A stretch of 59,909 bases of DNA from Polyangia bacterium (lineage in GTDB: Bacteria; Myxococcota_A; Polyangia; JAAYKL01): positions 1-59,909 of the forward strand of contig JBNLED010000067.1 in assembly GCA_050304755.1 (NCBI GenBank), in the 5' to 3' direction. Shown one piece after another: positions 1-8,703 of the stretch; position 1 is the first letter of the stretch, and each line of letters opens with the position of its first letter. Under the pieces are notes generated by a model, which made no database searches, had not been told where the DNA came from, and was given only the letters and a program-made list of their open reading frames with translations. The position numbers were made by a program, and so were the translations under genes.

Positions 1-3
1 CTC

Positions 4-2007
4 TTGTTCCTGCTCCCGAGGCGGTACGACGATCGGCGGGAGGTGACCCCCATCGCCGCGCTGGAGCCGGGGCGGCGGCAGCTCACCCGGGGGGCGGTGA
101 GCGGCGTCCGCTGCTTCGGTCCCCCCTGGCGGCAGAGCCTCGAGATCGTGCTCGAGGACGGGGAGGATACGGTCTCCCTCATCTATTTCTCCAAAAAACG
201 CCCCCGCCGGGACGCGTTCGAGAAGGGCGCGATTATTCGGGCCGCGGGGCTCGTGGGGGAGTACAAGGGCCGGCGCCAGATCCCCCACCCCGTGATCGCC
301 CGGGAGGCGGAGGCCAGCGGCGCGATGGAGCGGGTGGTGCCCATCTACCCGGAGGTCCCGGGGGTGGCCGGGCGGATCGTGGAGAAGGCGGTGCGGGCGG
401 CGGCGGCGCGGGCCGAGACCATCGTCCGGGACCCGGTGCCGGAGGCCCTCCTCGCCCGTCGCGAGCTGCTGCCCCTGGCCGAGGCCCTCCGCATGGTGCA
501 CGTGCCCCCCGCCGACATCCCCTCCGAGGATCTGCGGGCCTGGGTGGAGGGCTCCTCCCCGGCCCACCGGCGCCTGATCTACGACGAGTTCTTCTTCATC
601 CAGCTGGCCCTGGCCCTGCGCCGCGGCCGAAACGACGCCCGGACGGCGCCGGTCATGGCGGCGGTGCCGGCGCACCGGGACGAGCTGGAGAAGCTCGTCG
701 GGTTCGCGCCCACCGCGGCCCAGCGGCGGGTCATCGGCGAGATCGCCCGGGACCTGACGGCCCCCCGCCCCATGCAGCGGCTCCTCCAGGGGGACGTGGG
801 CTCGGGCAAGACCTTCGTGGCCCTCGCGGCCATCCTCCAGGCGGTGCGCTCCGGGCACCAGGCCGCCCTGATGGCCCCCACCGAGATCCTGGCGGAGCAG
901 CACATGCGGACCCTGCACCCGGTGCTCCGCAAGCTCGGGATCCGGGCGGTGCTCCACCTGGGGGGCGCCCGATCGTCCGCGCGCAAGAAGACCCTGGCGG
1001 CGCTGGAGAAGGGGGTGGCCCACGTGGCTGTCGGCACCCACGCCCTGCTCCAGGAGTCGGTGCGGTTCTTCCGGCTGGGGCTCGCCGTCGTGGACGAGCA
1101 GCACCGGTTCGGGGTCTCCCAGCGGCTGGGGCTGGTGGGCAAGGGGCCTGAGGGGGCCACCCCCCACCTGCTCGTGATGACCGCCACCCCCATCCCCCGC
1201 ACCCTGGCCCTCACCGTGCACGGCGACCTGGACGTCTCGGTGCTGGACGAGCTCCCCCCCGGCCGCACCCCGGTGAGGACCGAGGTCTGGTCCGGCGAAC
1301 GGCGGGGGGAGGTCTTCTCGCAGGTGGCGGCCGCCCTCGAGCGGGGGGAGCAGGGGTACGTGGTCTGTCCCATCATCGAGGAGTCCGAGGTCCTGGACGT
1401 GCGGGCAGCGGAGGCGGTCTTCGAGGAGCTCACGGCGCGCTTTCGCGGGCGCCGGGTGGCGCTCCTCCACGGGCGGCTCAAGGACGAGGACAAGGAGGGG
1501 GTGATGGCCGGATTTGCGGCGGGCGAGATCGATCTGCTCGTCACCACCACGGTGGTGGAGGTCGGGGTGGACGTGCCGAACGCCACGGTGATGGTGGTGG
1601 AGGGGGCCGAGCGGTTCGGCCTGGCCCAGCTCCACCAGCTGCGGGGGCGGGTGGGCCGCTCCAACCTGGCCTCGGCCTGTCACCTCGTGTCGGACCCGAA
1701 GAGCGAGGACGCGATGGAGCGGCTGGCCGTGCTGGCCCGGACCAACGACGGCTTCGAGGTGGCCGAGGCGGATCTCGCCATCCGGGGGCCGGGGGAGCTC
1801 TACGGCCGGCGGCAGGCGGGGCTCCCGGGGTTCCGGTATGGGCACCTCCAGCGGGACGCGGAGATGCTGACCCTGGCCCGGGAGGACGTCCGGTCGCTGC
1901 TCGCGGCGGATCCGGCGCTCCGGGGGCCCGACGTGGCCCGCCTCAGGGAGGAGCTGGCCCGGCGGGTTCTGGCGGACGAGGCCCCGGTGGGGGAGGAGGC
2001 AGGGTGA
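4..2007 (+). CDS. recG: ATP-dependent DNA helicase RecG; 5' end probably truncated by the window edge.
   Basis: The ORF runs from window position 4. It carries a Walker A motif (GDVGSGKTFVA), the DEQHRFG helicase motif II, and a C-terminal QLHQLRGRVGR motif typical of the RecG/Mfd superfamily 2 helicase core. Confidence 0.85.
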   Translation: MFLLPRRYDDRREVTPIAALEPGRRQLTRGAVSGVRCFGPPWRQSLEIVLEDGEDTVSLIYFSKKRPRRDAFEKGAIIRAAGLVGEYKGRRQIPHPVIAREAEASGAMERVVPIYPEVPGVAGRIVEKAVRAAAARAETIVRDPVPEALLARRELLPLAEALRMVHVPPADIPSEDLRAWVEGSSPAHRRLIYDEFFFIQLALALRRGRNDARTAPVMAAVPAHRDELEKLVGFAPTAAQRRVIGEIARDLTAPRPMQRLLQGDVGSGKTFVALAAILQAVRSGHQAALMAPTEILAEQHMRTLHPVLRKLGIRAVLHLGGARSSARKKTLAALEKGVAHVAVGTHALLQESVRFFRLGLAVVDEQHRFGVSQRLGLVGKGPEGATPHLLVMTATPIPRTLALTVHGDLDVSVLDELPPGRTPVRTEVWSGERRGEVFSQVAAALERGEQGYVVCPIIEESEVLDVRAAEAVFEELTARFRGRRVALLHGRLKDEDKEGVMAGFAAGEIDLLVTTTVVEVGVDVPNATVMVVEGAERFGLAQLHQLRGRVGRSNLASACHLVSDPKSEDAMERLAVLARTNDGFEVAEADLAIRGPGELYGRRQAGLPGFRYGHLQRDAEMLTLAREDVRSLLAADPALRGPDVARLREELARRVLADEAPVGEEAG

Positions 2008-2008
2008 G

Positions 2009-4972
2009 ATGCTGAGTCCCCTCGCCGCAGCCCTCCGGGCGGGGCTCGTCGCCGGCGCCCTCCTCGGCATCGCGGACGTCTTCGCCCTCGCCGCCGCCCG
2101 AGAGATGTTCTTCGATACGAGGGAGCTCGCCAGGACCGCGGCCTGGGCCCTGGGGATGGACCTCGGCGCGGGGATGCTGGTCGCCGCTCTCCTGCTCGGC
2201 CTGCAGCGCCTCCTAGAGAGCGTGTTCAAGAAGCTGCGCTGGGAGCAACGCACCCTCCTCCCGGCGGCCCTCGTCACCGCGCTGGCCGCTGGCCCGCTGG
2301 CCGCGCTGCTGTTCCGGCTCACCAGCGGTCCCCAAGCGAGCGGGATGTCCGGCCGCTGGGCGCTAGTGGTTCTGGGGGCGATCCTGCTGGCGGCGCCGGT
2401 GGGGGCCGCGCTGGTGCTCCTGCCGCGGTGGGCGGATCGGGGCTCACGGCGGGGGGCTCTCGGCGTCGCGACCCTCGGGACGATCGCCGCTCTCCACGCC
2501 GCCGACGCGGCGGTTCTGGTGAGGCTCTACCCCGCGTTTCACTATGCCCTCACCGCGCTGGCGTTTACCGCGGGCGCCTTCGGGGCCGCCCTGGTCTGGC
2601 CCCGGACGGGCTTTCCTCGCCTCCTGCTGACGGCCTCCGCCGGGATCCTCGGGCTCGCCGCGGTCGCCCTCTTCCTGGCCCTCGGTACCCAGAACCCCCG
2701 ATACGTCATCGGTCACGCGACCGCCCACGCCGCGGATATCCTGGTGCTCACGCGGGCCGTCACCCCGTTGGACGCGGAGGCGGTCCTCGATGCCGCCGAG
2801 GACGAGGTGTCGCCGGACGAGCCGTTCGTCCCGGCGGGGCTCATCGCCCGTCCCGGCGCGGACCTCGTCCTGATCACGGTGGACGCCATGCGGTACGACC
2901 GGCTCGCCCTGCTCGGCGCCCGCCGGGAGGTGACGCCCCACATCGACGCCCTGGCCCGCCGGTCCGTGGTCTTCTCCCGCGCATACACCCCGGTGCCCCA
3001 CACCTCCTACGCCGTCACCTCGCTTTTGACCGGCAAGTACACCCGGCCCCTGTTCGAGGTGCCCGGCGCCCCGAAGCGGCACGAGACCTGGCCGGAGATC
3101 CTCCACCGGTTCCGCTATGAGACCTCGGCCTTCTTCACCCCCGCGATCTTCTTCATCGACAAGGAGCGCTTCCGGCCCTACCTCGAGACCGGCGCCGGCT
3201 TCTCCTACCGGAAGGCGGGGAGCCGGCTCACCGCGGAGGAGCGGGTGGATCAGCTCCTCGAGCACCTGAGGGACAAACAAAAGAGCGGCAAGCCCCACTT
3301 CGCCTGGGCCCACTTCTTCGAGGCCCACGAACCCTACGATCCGCAGTGCCGCCGGTTCGGCGACGGGCCGGAGGATCGCTACGACTGCGAGCTCTCCACC
3401 GTGGACAACGCCCTCGGCCGGCTCTTCGAGTACCTGGATCAGCAGCGCCCGGACGCGATCGTCGTTGTTACCTCGGACCACGGGGAGGAGTTCGGCGACC
3501 ACGGCGGTAAGTACCATGGCACCACGCTATACGATGAGCAGGTGCGGGTCCCCCTCGTGATGAAGATTCCAGGGGTGGAGCACCGGATCATCGACGCTCC
3601 CGTGAGCCTGGTGGACCTCCTCGGCACTGGCCTCGCCCTGCTCGACCTCCCGGTGCCCGCCCGGGTGCGCTCCCGGAACCTGGTCCCCCTCATCGCCGGC
3701 GTGCCGGTCGAGACCGAGGCCTTCGCCGAGGCCCACGACGAGATTATGGCGGTGAAGGATGGGTACAAGGCGGTGTGCGACACCCGGGACGATCTCTGCC
3801 GGCTCTACGATCTCGCGGCCGATCCCGGGGAGCGGCGCTCCGTCGCCGCCGAGAACGAGGAGCGCCTGCGCCGGATGAAGGGGCGCATTTACGCCTGGCG
3901 GAAGAGCCACGCCGAGGAGGAGCTGCGGCCCGTGGTTACGGCCGAGGGGGTGGAGGGATGGCCCGCCGCCATCGAACGGGCCCTCGCCGGAGACGAGGAC
4001 GTCGCGGCGGATCTGGTGAAGATTATCAACGGACGGGGGGCGGCGCGGATTCGCCGGAAGGCCGCGGAGCTCCTGTTCTCGACGGGGAGCGGGGGGACGG
4101 ATTCCGAGGGGACCCTCACCTGGGAGGGAGAGGCGGACGCGGTGGTGGCGGCGTGGATCGCCCTGATCCAGACGTCTTCGAAGCCCGCGGAGGCGCTCCG
4201 CTTCCTGGCCGGGGCGGCGCCCGGGCTCGAGAAGGGCAGCGGGGTGGCGCGCGCCGTCTCCCTGGCCCGGCTCGAGGGGGGGGACAAGGGGGCCGCGCGG
4301 GACGTCCTCGACGTGGCCCTCGACGGGCTGGCCCCCGTGCCGGAGCGGCAGCGGGCGCTGGCCCTCCTCGAGACCGCGGGGGATCGGTCGATGGCGGCGG
4401 AGCTGATGTCGCTGATCAACACCTACCAGATCTCCCTCGAGGTGATCCACGCCCTGGCGGCGCTGCGGGCGAAAACCGCCCTCGACGCCATCGTCACCCG
4501 GCTGAAGCGGGAGCGGTTCTCCGAGCGCAAGGCCGCCATCATCGACTCCCTGGTCCTGTTGAATGATCGTCGCGCCGCCCCGGCCCTGGCCGATGAGCTC
4601 CTGAACGACGCGCCGCCCCCTGGAGCGATCCGCGGCCTCGCGGCGTTGGTCAAGGCGTCCCACACGGGCCGTGACGTCGCCACCTCGGACCGGTCCCGGC
4701 GGGTGACGCTGTTCAAGGTCGACACCGGAGCGCTCACCGTCCGGGCGGACCGGGTCAAGCGTCTGGTCGTCGACACCACCGCGCACGCCGAAGGGGCCGG
4801 CGTCGTCGCCGCCTGCAGCGGCGAGACGCTGACCGTCCCCGTGGACGCCGCCGGTCAGGCGACGGTGGACTTCAGCGCGTGTAGAAGCGATGAGAAGCGG
4901 CTGACGATAACCCTCGGCCTCTCCCCCGCAGATCTCGACGCGGAGATAAGGCACGCCGCGGTGACACCGTAG
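2009..4972 (+). CDS. Polytopic membrane protein of the sulfatase / alkaline-phosphatase superfamily (LTA-synthase or PEA-transferase-like) with a C-terminal HEAT/armadillo-like repeat region.
   Basis: A GGAGG Shine-Dalgarno sits 6 nt upstream of the ATG at 2009, 1 nt after the recG stop. The N-terminal ~270 aa are strongly hydrophobic multi-TM. The following domain has the sulfatase-type motifs ITVDAMRYDRL and VVVTSDHGEEFGDHGG. The C-terminus holds repeated alpha-helical 'AAELL/AALRA' units ending in HALAALRAKTALDAIV. Confidence 0.6.
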   Translation: MLSPLAAALRAGLVAGALLGIADVFALAAAREMFFDTRELARTAAWALGMDLGAGMLVAALLLGLQRLLESVFKKLRWEQRTLLPAALVTALAAGPLAALLFRLTSGPQASGMSGRWALVVLGAILLAAPVGAALVLLPRWADRGSRRGALGVATLGTIAALHAADAAVLVRLYPAFHYALTALAFTAGAFGAALVWPRTGFPRLLLTASAGILGLAAVALFLALGTQNPRYVIGHATAHAADILVLTRAVTPLDAEAVLDAAEDEVSPDEPFVPAGLIARPGADLVLITVDAMRYDRLALLGARREVTPHIDALARRSVVFSRAYTPVPHTSYAVTSLLTGKYTRPLFEVPGAPKRHETWPEILHRFRYETSAFFTPAIFFIDKERFRPYLETGAGFSYRKAGSRLTAEERVDQLLEHLRDKQKSGKPHFAWAHFFEAHEPYDPQCRRFGDGPEDRYDCELSTVDNALGRLFEYLDQQRPDAIVVVTSDHGEEFGDHGGKYHGTTLYDEQVRVPLVMKIPGVEHRIIDAPVSLVDLLGTGLALLDLPVPARVRSRNLVPLIAGVPVETEAFAEAHDEIMAVKDGYKAVCDTRDDLCRLYDLAADPGERRSVAAENEERLRRMKGRIYAWRKSHAEEELRPVVTAEGVEGWPAAIERALAGDEDVAADLVKIINGRGAARIRRKAAELLFSTGSGGTDSEGTLTWEGEADAVVAAWIALIQTSSKPAEALRFLAGAAPGLEKGSGVARAVSLARLEGGDKGAARDVLDVALDGLAPVPERQRALALLETAGDRSMAAELMSLINTYQISLEVIHALAALRAKTALDAIVTRLKRERFSERKAAIIDSLVLLNDRRAAPALADELLNDAPPPGAIRGLAALVKASHTGRDVATSDRSRRVTLFKVDTGALTVRADRVKRLVVDTTAHAEGAGVVAACSGETLTVPVDAAGQATVDFSACRSDEKRLTITLGLSPADLDAEIRHAAVTP

Positions 4973-5208
4973 ATCCCATGAAGGGCCGCTGAGGCCGGCG
5001 AACCTCTTGAAAAACAAACCACTTTTCTGAACGATGTTCTGCTGTGATCGGAACCTGTTGAAGGTAAAAACGGGGTAGTCAAGGTCCTCGATGTTCTCAT
5101 TCGTCCTACCCGTTCCACGACTCTTGATGGATTTTTGAAAATGTTGGTTAATGCGGGTTATGGTTTCTCGTCGCGACGGTTTCCGCCGACCCACAACAGA
5201 GGAGGCCC

Positions 5209-5400
5209 ATGTCCACACCCACCTTCAACGCCGAAGATCGCTCCCTGCTCCACCGCGGCTACCCGCACATCCGCCTGCTGGTCGCCGATCATCCGGACGA
5301 CGCGCCCAAGAAGATCGCGAAGGCGACGGCGAAGGTCGTGAACGCCATCGACCCATGCCTTATGTTCGGCGGGAGAAGAAATGCAACCGAAACGCAATGA
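5209..5400 (+). CDS. Candidate small protein (63 aa) of unknown function.
   Basis: A strong SD (AGAGGAGG) lies 5 nt upstream of the ATG. The first ~50 codons have very high GC3 typical of real genes in this genome. The ORF ends overlapping the start of the downstream lipoprotein gene. No recognisable domain. Confidence 0.3.
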   Translation: MSTPTFNAEDRSLLHRGYPHIRLLVADHPDDAPKKIAKATAKVVNAIDPCLMFGGRRNATETQ

Positions 5401-7795
5401 AACGTCTCTTGTGATGAAACAACCATCGGCCATCGCCAATATCTCTCGGTGGGTGCTGACCGCAACGGCGCTGACCCTTACCGCCTGTGGCGGGTCGTCT
5501 TCCGGTGTTGACGCCGCTCAGGGAATTGCAGGGGGCGGCGCCGATGGGACGACGGAGCACTGCGCTGGGCGCGACTTTCTCCTGCAACGATGGGGCGACT
5601 GCGGCTGGGTCCGGTCAGTGAGCGCCGACGGGCGGTTCGCCGTGCTCATGGGGTATGGCCCGGTGTGCGTGGTAGATATGGAACACGAGGCCGTCATTGC
5701 GACAGCAGACCACGCCCCGGATCGCTATGTGGAGATGAGCCCCGCCGGTGATCGGGTGGTCTTCTCGGGGGACGGCGGGTTTGTGCTCGACGTGGCGAGC
5801 GGGTCCACGGCCCCCCTCGGAGAGGAGGCCGACTGCGAGCTGGCCCCGCGGTTCAGCGCGGACGGGGGCACCCTCTACTTCGGCCGGCTCAGGCGCCCCG
5901 ACATGATCTGCGATGCCATGGCGCGGGACCTGGCCACCGGGGCGGATCGATCGCTTGTCCCGCGGCGGAACCCGCCAAGGAACCGACCAGGTGCCCCCGA
6001 CGACTTCTATTGGGCGGTGAGCGAAGACGGGCGGTTTCGGGTCAGCCTGCGGGCCGGGCGTCTGCTGGTCTGGGACGGCGAGCGCCGGGACGCGGGGCCG
6101 CACATCGAGGTGCCCCTGCCGAAACCGAAGCGGCCTTCCGACAAAAAACGCGAGGGAATGATGGGGTTCGCCCCATGGAGCCATCGCCTGGCAGTGGCGT
6201 GGGGCGGAAGGACCGCAGCCTTCGATCTGCCGGCCGTCCGGCCTATCTGGAAGCTGGACTTCGTCACCGAGCAGATGGCCTTTGACCGGCGGGGCAAGCG
6301 CCTGGCCCTGATGGGCGGCGAGGAGTCCGAGGAGGAGACGCTGCGGGTGGTGGACGCGTCCACCGGCGGTATCGTCCGCGAGGTCGCCGGCAGCTGCGAC
6401 GATCCGGCCTTCAGCGCTGACGCCGCTCGGGTGGGGTGCGGCAGCCCGGATCGGCGGGTCGTCGATCTCGAGTCGGGGGAGTGGCTGGACGAGGTGGTCT
6501 CCAAGGGATACTGGGACGCCCGCGGCCGCGCCTTCGTGGCCGTCCGGGGGCGTATGGAAATCCGCGACCAGGGCTCCGGGGCGCTTTTACGCGGCTTCGA
6601 TGTTTCCCCGGCCATTCGACGGCGTCTCGACGCCTTCAGGGTATACGATGAGCCCTTCTCCCTCGTCTCGGTCGTCGACCGCGTCACCGGTCCGGCCGCG
6701 ATGATCGGCTGGAACGCGGATACCCTCACCCCCCGCTGGATCCACCGGCAACAACGCGAGCGGCCGGTGTTGGCCAAAGACGGTCCGGCGGTCGTTTCCC
6801 ATTCGGGGAATCAGTACCGGACGCTCGATCTCGAGACCGGCGAGCCCCGGGACGGAGTCGCACCCCGCGGCTTCCTACCGAAGGGGATCTACCCCCAAAC
6901 CCTCCGGATTCCCTACGTGGCGGACGCCGTGGCGACCTGGCGGGACTACCGGCTGACCGTCACCCGCGGGGGAGAGGAGCGGATTTTCCCGGTCAACCTC
7001 AGGGGCGCAAAGCGGGATACGGCGCGGCTCATCGCGACGGAGATCCCCGGCGTGCTGGTGGCGTTGCTCTACAAGGCGGGACCCGAGCCGGACTGTTGGC
7101 ACGACGGCAAGCACTACGAGTGCTCGGAGGTGTATCCCGGCGACGAAGGCCCGGATGTCGGCCCCCACCTCTTCCGCATCGACTGGCGGCGGGGCGAGTC
7201 CCGCGAGATCGCCTGCCAGCGATCGCCGATCCAGATCGTAGGGGAGCTGATGCTGGTCACGGAGGGGCCGAGGCAAATAGAGATCTACCGCCTCGGCACG
7301 GGACAGCGTTTGAGTGTCATCGAGGCGGCATACAAAGACGCCGAGGTGCGCCCCGGAAGCCGGACCGTGGCCCTGTGCACCCGGGACGAATTGGAGAAGA
7401 CGCCCCGGCTGGTCGTCCTCGAAACCGAGACTGACGAGACGCTTCTGAGCGAGCCAATGCCCTGCGAACGAGTCGAGTGGATCGCCGGCGGCCGCCTCCT
7501 GCAGGTCCTGGGCAGAGGGAGCGTCCGGCTGATCGATGTAGACCGCGGCGCCCGTCTCCTGATCGAGCAGTACGAGCTGGGAGATCGCGACGCCCCCGCC
7601 CCGGCCCTCCTGGTACGGCATACCGACGGAAGCTTCGACGCCCCCGAAGACCTCCGAGAGGTGGTGGGCTACCGGGAGCGGCGCCCGAACTGTGAGGAGC
7701 GGATCGTTACTGGTGATGAAGCCGTCGCCCGCGGCCGAGCGGCGGGGCTGCTCCGGGATTTCTTCGGGAAACCGAGCCCCGCTGCACTGGATTAG
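5381..7795 (+). CDS. Large lipoprotein with repeated beta-propeller-like (TolB/PD40-like) segments; function unknown.
   Basis: The N-terminus has a lipoprotein signal with lipobox LTACGG; an alternative in-frame start MKQPSAIAN at 5414 fits the signal peptide better. Repeated D-G-(R/x)-F / 'SADG' beta-strand-like motifs occur throughout. Codon usage is consistent with coding. Confidence 0.6.
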   Translation: MQPKRNETSLVMKQPSAIANISRWVLTATALTLTACGGSSSGVDAAQGIAGGGADGTTEHCAGRDFLLQRWGDCGWVRSVSADGRFAVLMGYGPVCVVDMEHEAVIATADHAPDRYVEMSPAGDRVVFSGDGGFVLDVASGSTAPLGEEADCELAPRFSADGGTLYFGRLRRPDMICDAMARDLATGADRSLVPRRNPPRNRPGAPDDFYWAVSEDGRFRVSLRAGRLLVWDGERRDAGPHIEVPLPKPKRPSDKKREGMMGFAPWSHRLAVAWGGRTAAFDLPAVRPIWKLDFVTEQMAFDRRGKRLALMGGEESEEETLRVVDASTGGIVREVAGSCDDPAFSADAARVGCGSPDRRVVDLESGEWLDEVVSKGYWDARGRAFVAVRGRMEIRDQGSGALLRGFDVSPAIRRRLDAFRVYDEPFSLVSVVDRVTGPAAMIGWNADTLTPRWIHRQQRERPVLAKDGPAVVSHSGNQYRTLDLETGEPRDGVAPRGFLPKGIYPQTLRIPYVADAVATWRDYRLTVTRGGEERIFPVNLRGAKRDTARLIATEIPGVLVALLYKAGPEPDCWHDGKHYECSEVYPGDEGPDVGPHLFRIDWRRGESREIACQRSPIQIVGELMLVTEGPRQIEIYRLGTGQRLSVIEAAYKDAEVRPGSRTVALCTRDELEKTPRLVVLETETDETLLSEPMPCERVEWIAGGRLLQVLGRGSVRLIDVDRGARLLIEQYELGDRDAPAPALLVRHTDGSFDAPEDLREVVGYRERRPNCEERIVTGDEAVARGRAAGLLRDFFGKPSPAALD

Positions 7796-7808
7796 TAGTT
7801 TCCATTCG

Positions 7809-7837
7809 TTGACAGACAATATCAGGGGCGATATCTT
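7809..7837 (+). promoter_or_regulatory. Candidate sigma-70 promoter (TTGACA-N17-TATCTT) that would give a leaderless or near-leaderless transcript for the ORF at 7844.
   Basis: TTGACA is at 7809-7814, followed by a 17-nt spacer and TATCTT at 7832-7837. The ATG at 7844 is about 7 nt downstream of the -10 hexamer. Confidence 0.25.
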
Positions 7838-7843
7838 TGCAGA

Positions 7844-8212
7844 ATGTCAACACCCAACGCCCTGACGGTTTCTCGATACCGCGCATTTGCGAACAGTGAA
7901 ACACTACCTCTGCGTCCCCTGACGCTGTTATATGGGCGAAACAATTCGGGCAAGAGTGCCCTGACAAGAGCCCTCGCCCTGATCGGGGCGTCAGTTGAAG
8001 AAGGTTCTCAAAACGCAATTGCAATGCATCAGCCTGTGATTCGCGGTGGTCAATTCAAAGATATCGCATGGCAGGGTGACCGTAGGCATTGTAGGGGGAT
8101 GGCGTCCTTTCTTCAATGCTCGTGGCATCTCGTTCCGTTCGGTTCCGCACGCCAGGTGAGAAGGTCATTCTCGCACGAAGTCCGCGGCGGCGTGCGGGTC
8201 AGCGCAGGATGA
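7844..8212 (+). pseudogene. Truncated or decayed P-loop ATPase (AAA_21/OLD/abortive-infection-like N-terminus); only the first ~65 aa look native.
   Basis: The N-terminus LTVSRYRAFANSETLPLRPLTLLYGRNNSGKSALTRALALIG is a typical ABC/AAA_21-type Walker A start. The remaining sequence is low-complexity nonsense and the ORF is only 122 aa. Local GC is clearly lower than the surroundings. Confidence 0.4.
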
Positions 8213-8388
8213 TACACCTTGTGTCTCGCGACAACGGACCCCGATGTCTGTGTCCGTTTTACACAAGCTGCACCGTCCCGCGCTGATCATACCCGTTTGA
8301 TATCAAACATAAATTGGCATTCTCCATTGTTTTCGGGACCGATCGTTTTTGCGAAAAAAACCGAAACCCTAACAAAGGAGAATGCACA

Positions 8389-8520
8389 TGGATCGGTATA
8401 TCGGAATGGATGTCCACTCGGCAAGTTGTACGGCCGGCATCTTGAGCGCCAAGGGGAAACGGCTGAGCTCGACGGTGCTCGAAACCAACGGCAAGGCCCT
8501 GGTGGAATTTCCCCCTTGAA
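8389..8520 (+). mobile_element. IS110-family (DEDD) transposase N-terminal fragment, 43 aa, truncated by a stop.
   Basis: An AAGGAG SD lies 7 nt upstream. The peptide MDRYIGMDVHSASCTAGILSAKGKRLSSTVLETNGKALVEFPP matches the conserved 'IG(I/M)DVH(K/S)' catalytic-Asp start of DEDD_Tnp_IS110. It ends at a TGA at 8518-8520. A 13-bp direct repeat (gatctctttctgc, two copies) follows immediately at about 8527-8553. Confidence 0.4.
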
Positions 8521-8703
8521 AGGGGATCTCTTTCTGCGATCTCTTTCTGCGCGGAAGATCCGCTCCCCGTGCGACCGCCTCGTGATGAAAATTCAGGTAG
8601 ATATAGAATCGGTTGGTCGATGTGCTAAAACTACAACAATTTATCGAATCTGCGGTTCCAAAAAGCTCGTGCCGTTTCTTTTAGGGAGAACAATAAGAGC
8701 GTT

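Noticed and set aside
579-1664. Long antisense or out-of-frame ORFs throughout, e.g. 579..1664(-), 2444..3517(-), 3527..5218(-), 8809..10818(-), 13641..14424(both strands), 32104..34104(-), 36667..39390(-), 45358..46941(-), 24362..26245(+), 19443..20528(+).
   Set aside because: These are typical stop-codon-poor alternative frames of high-GC DNA. They overlap well-supported genes with clear domains on the other strand or frame. Their products are Arg/Pro/Gly-rich low complexity with no motifs.
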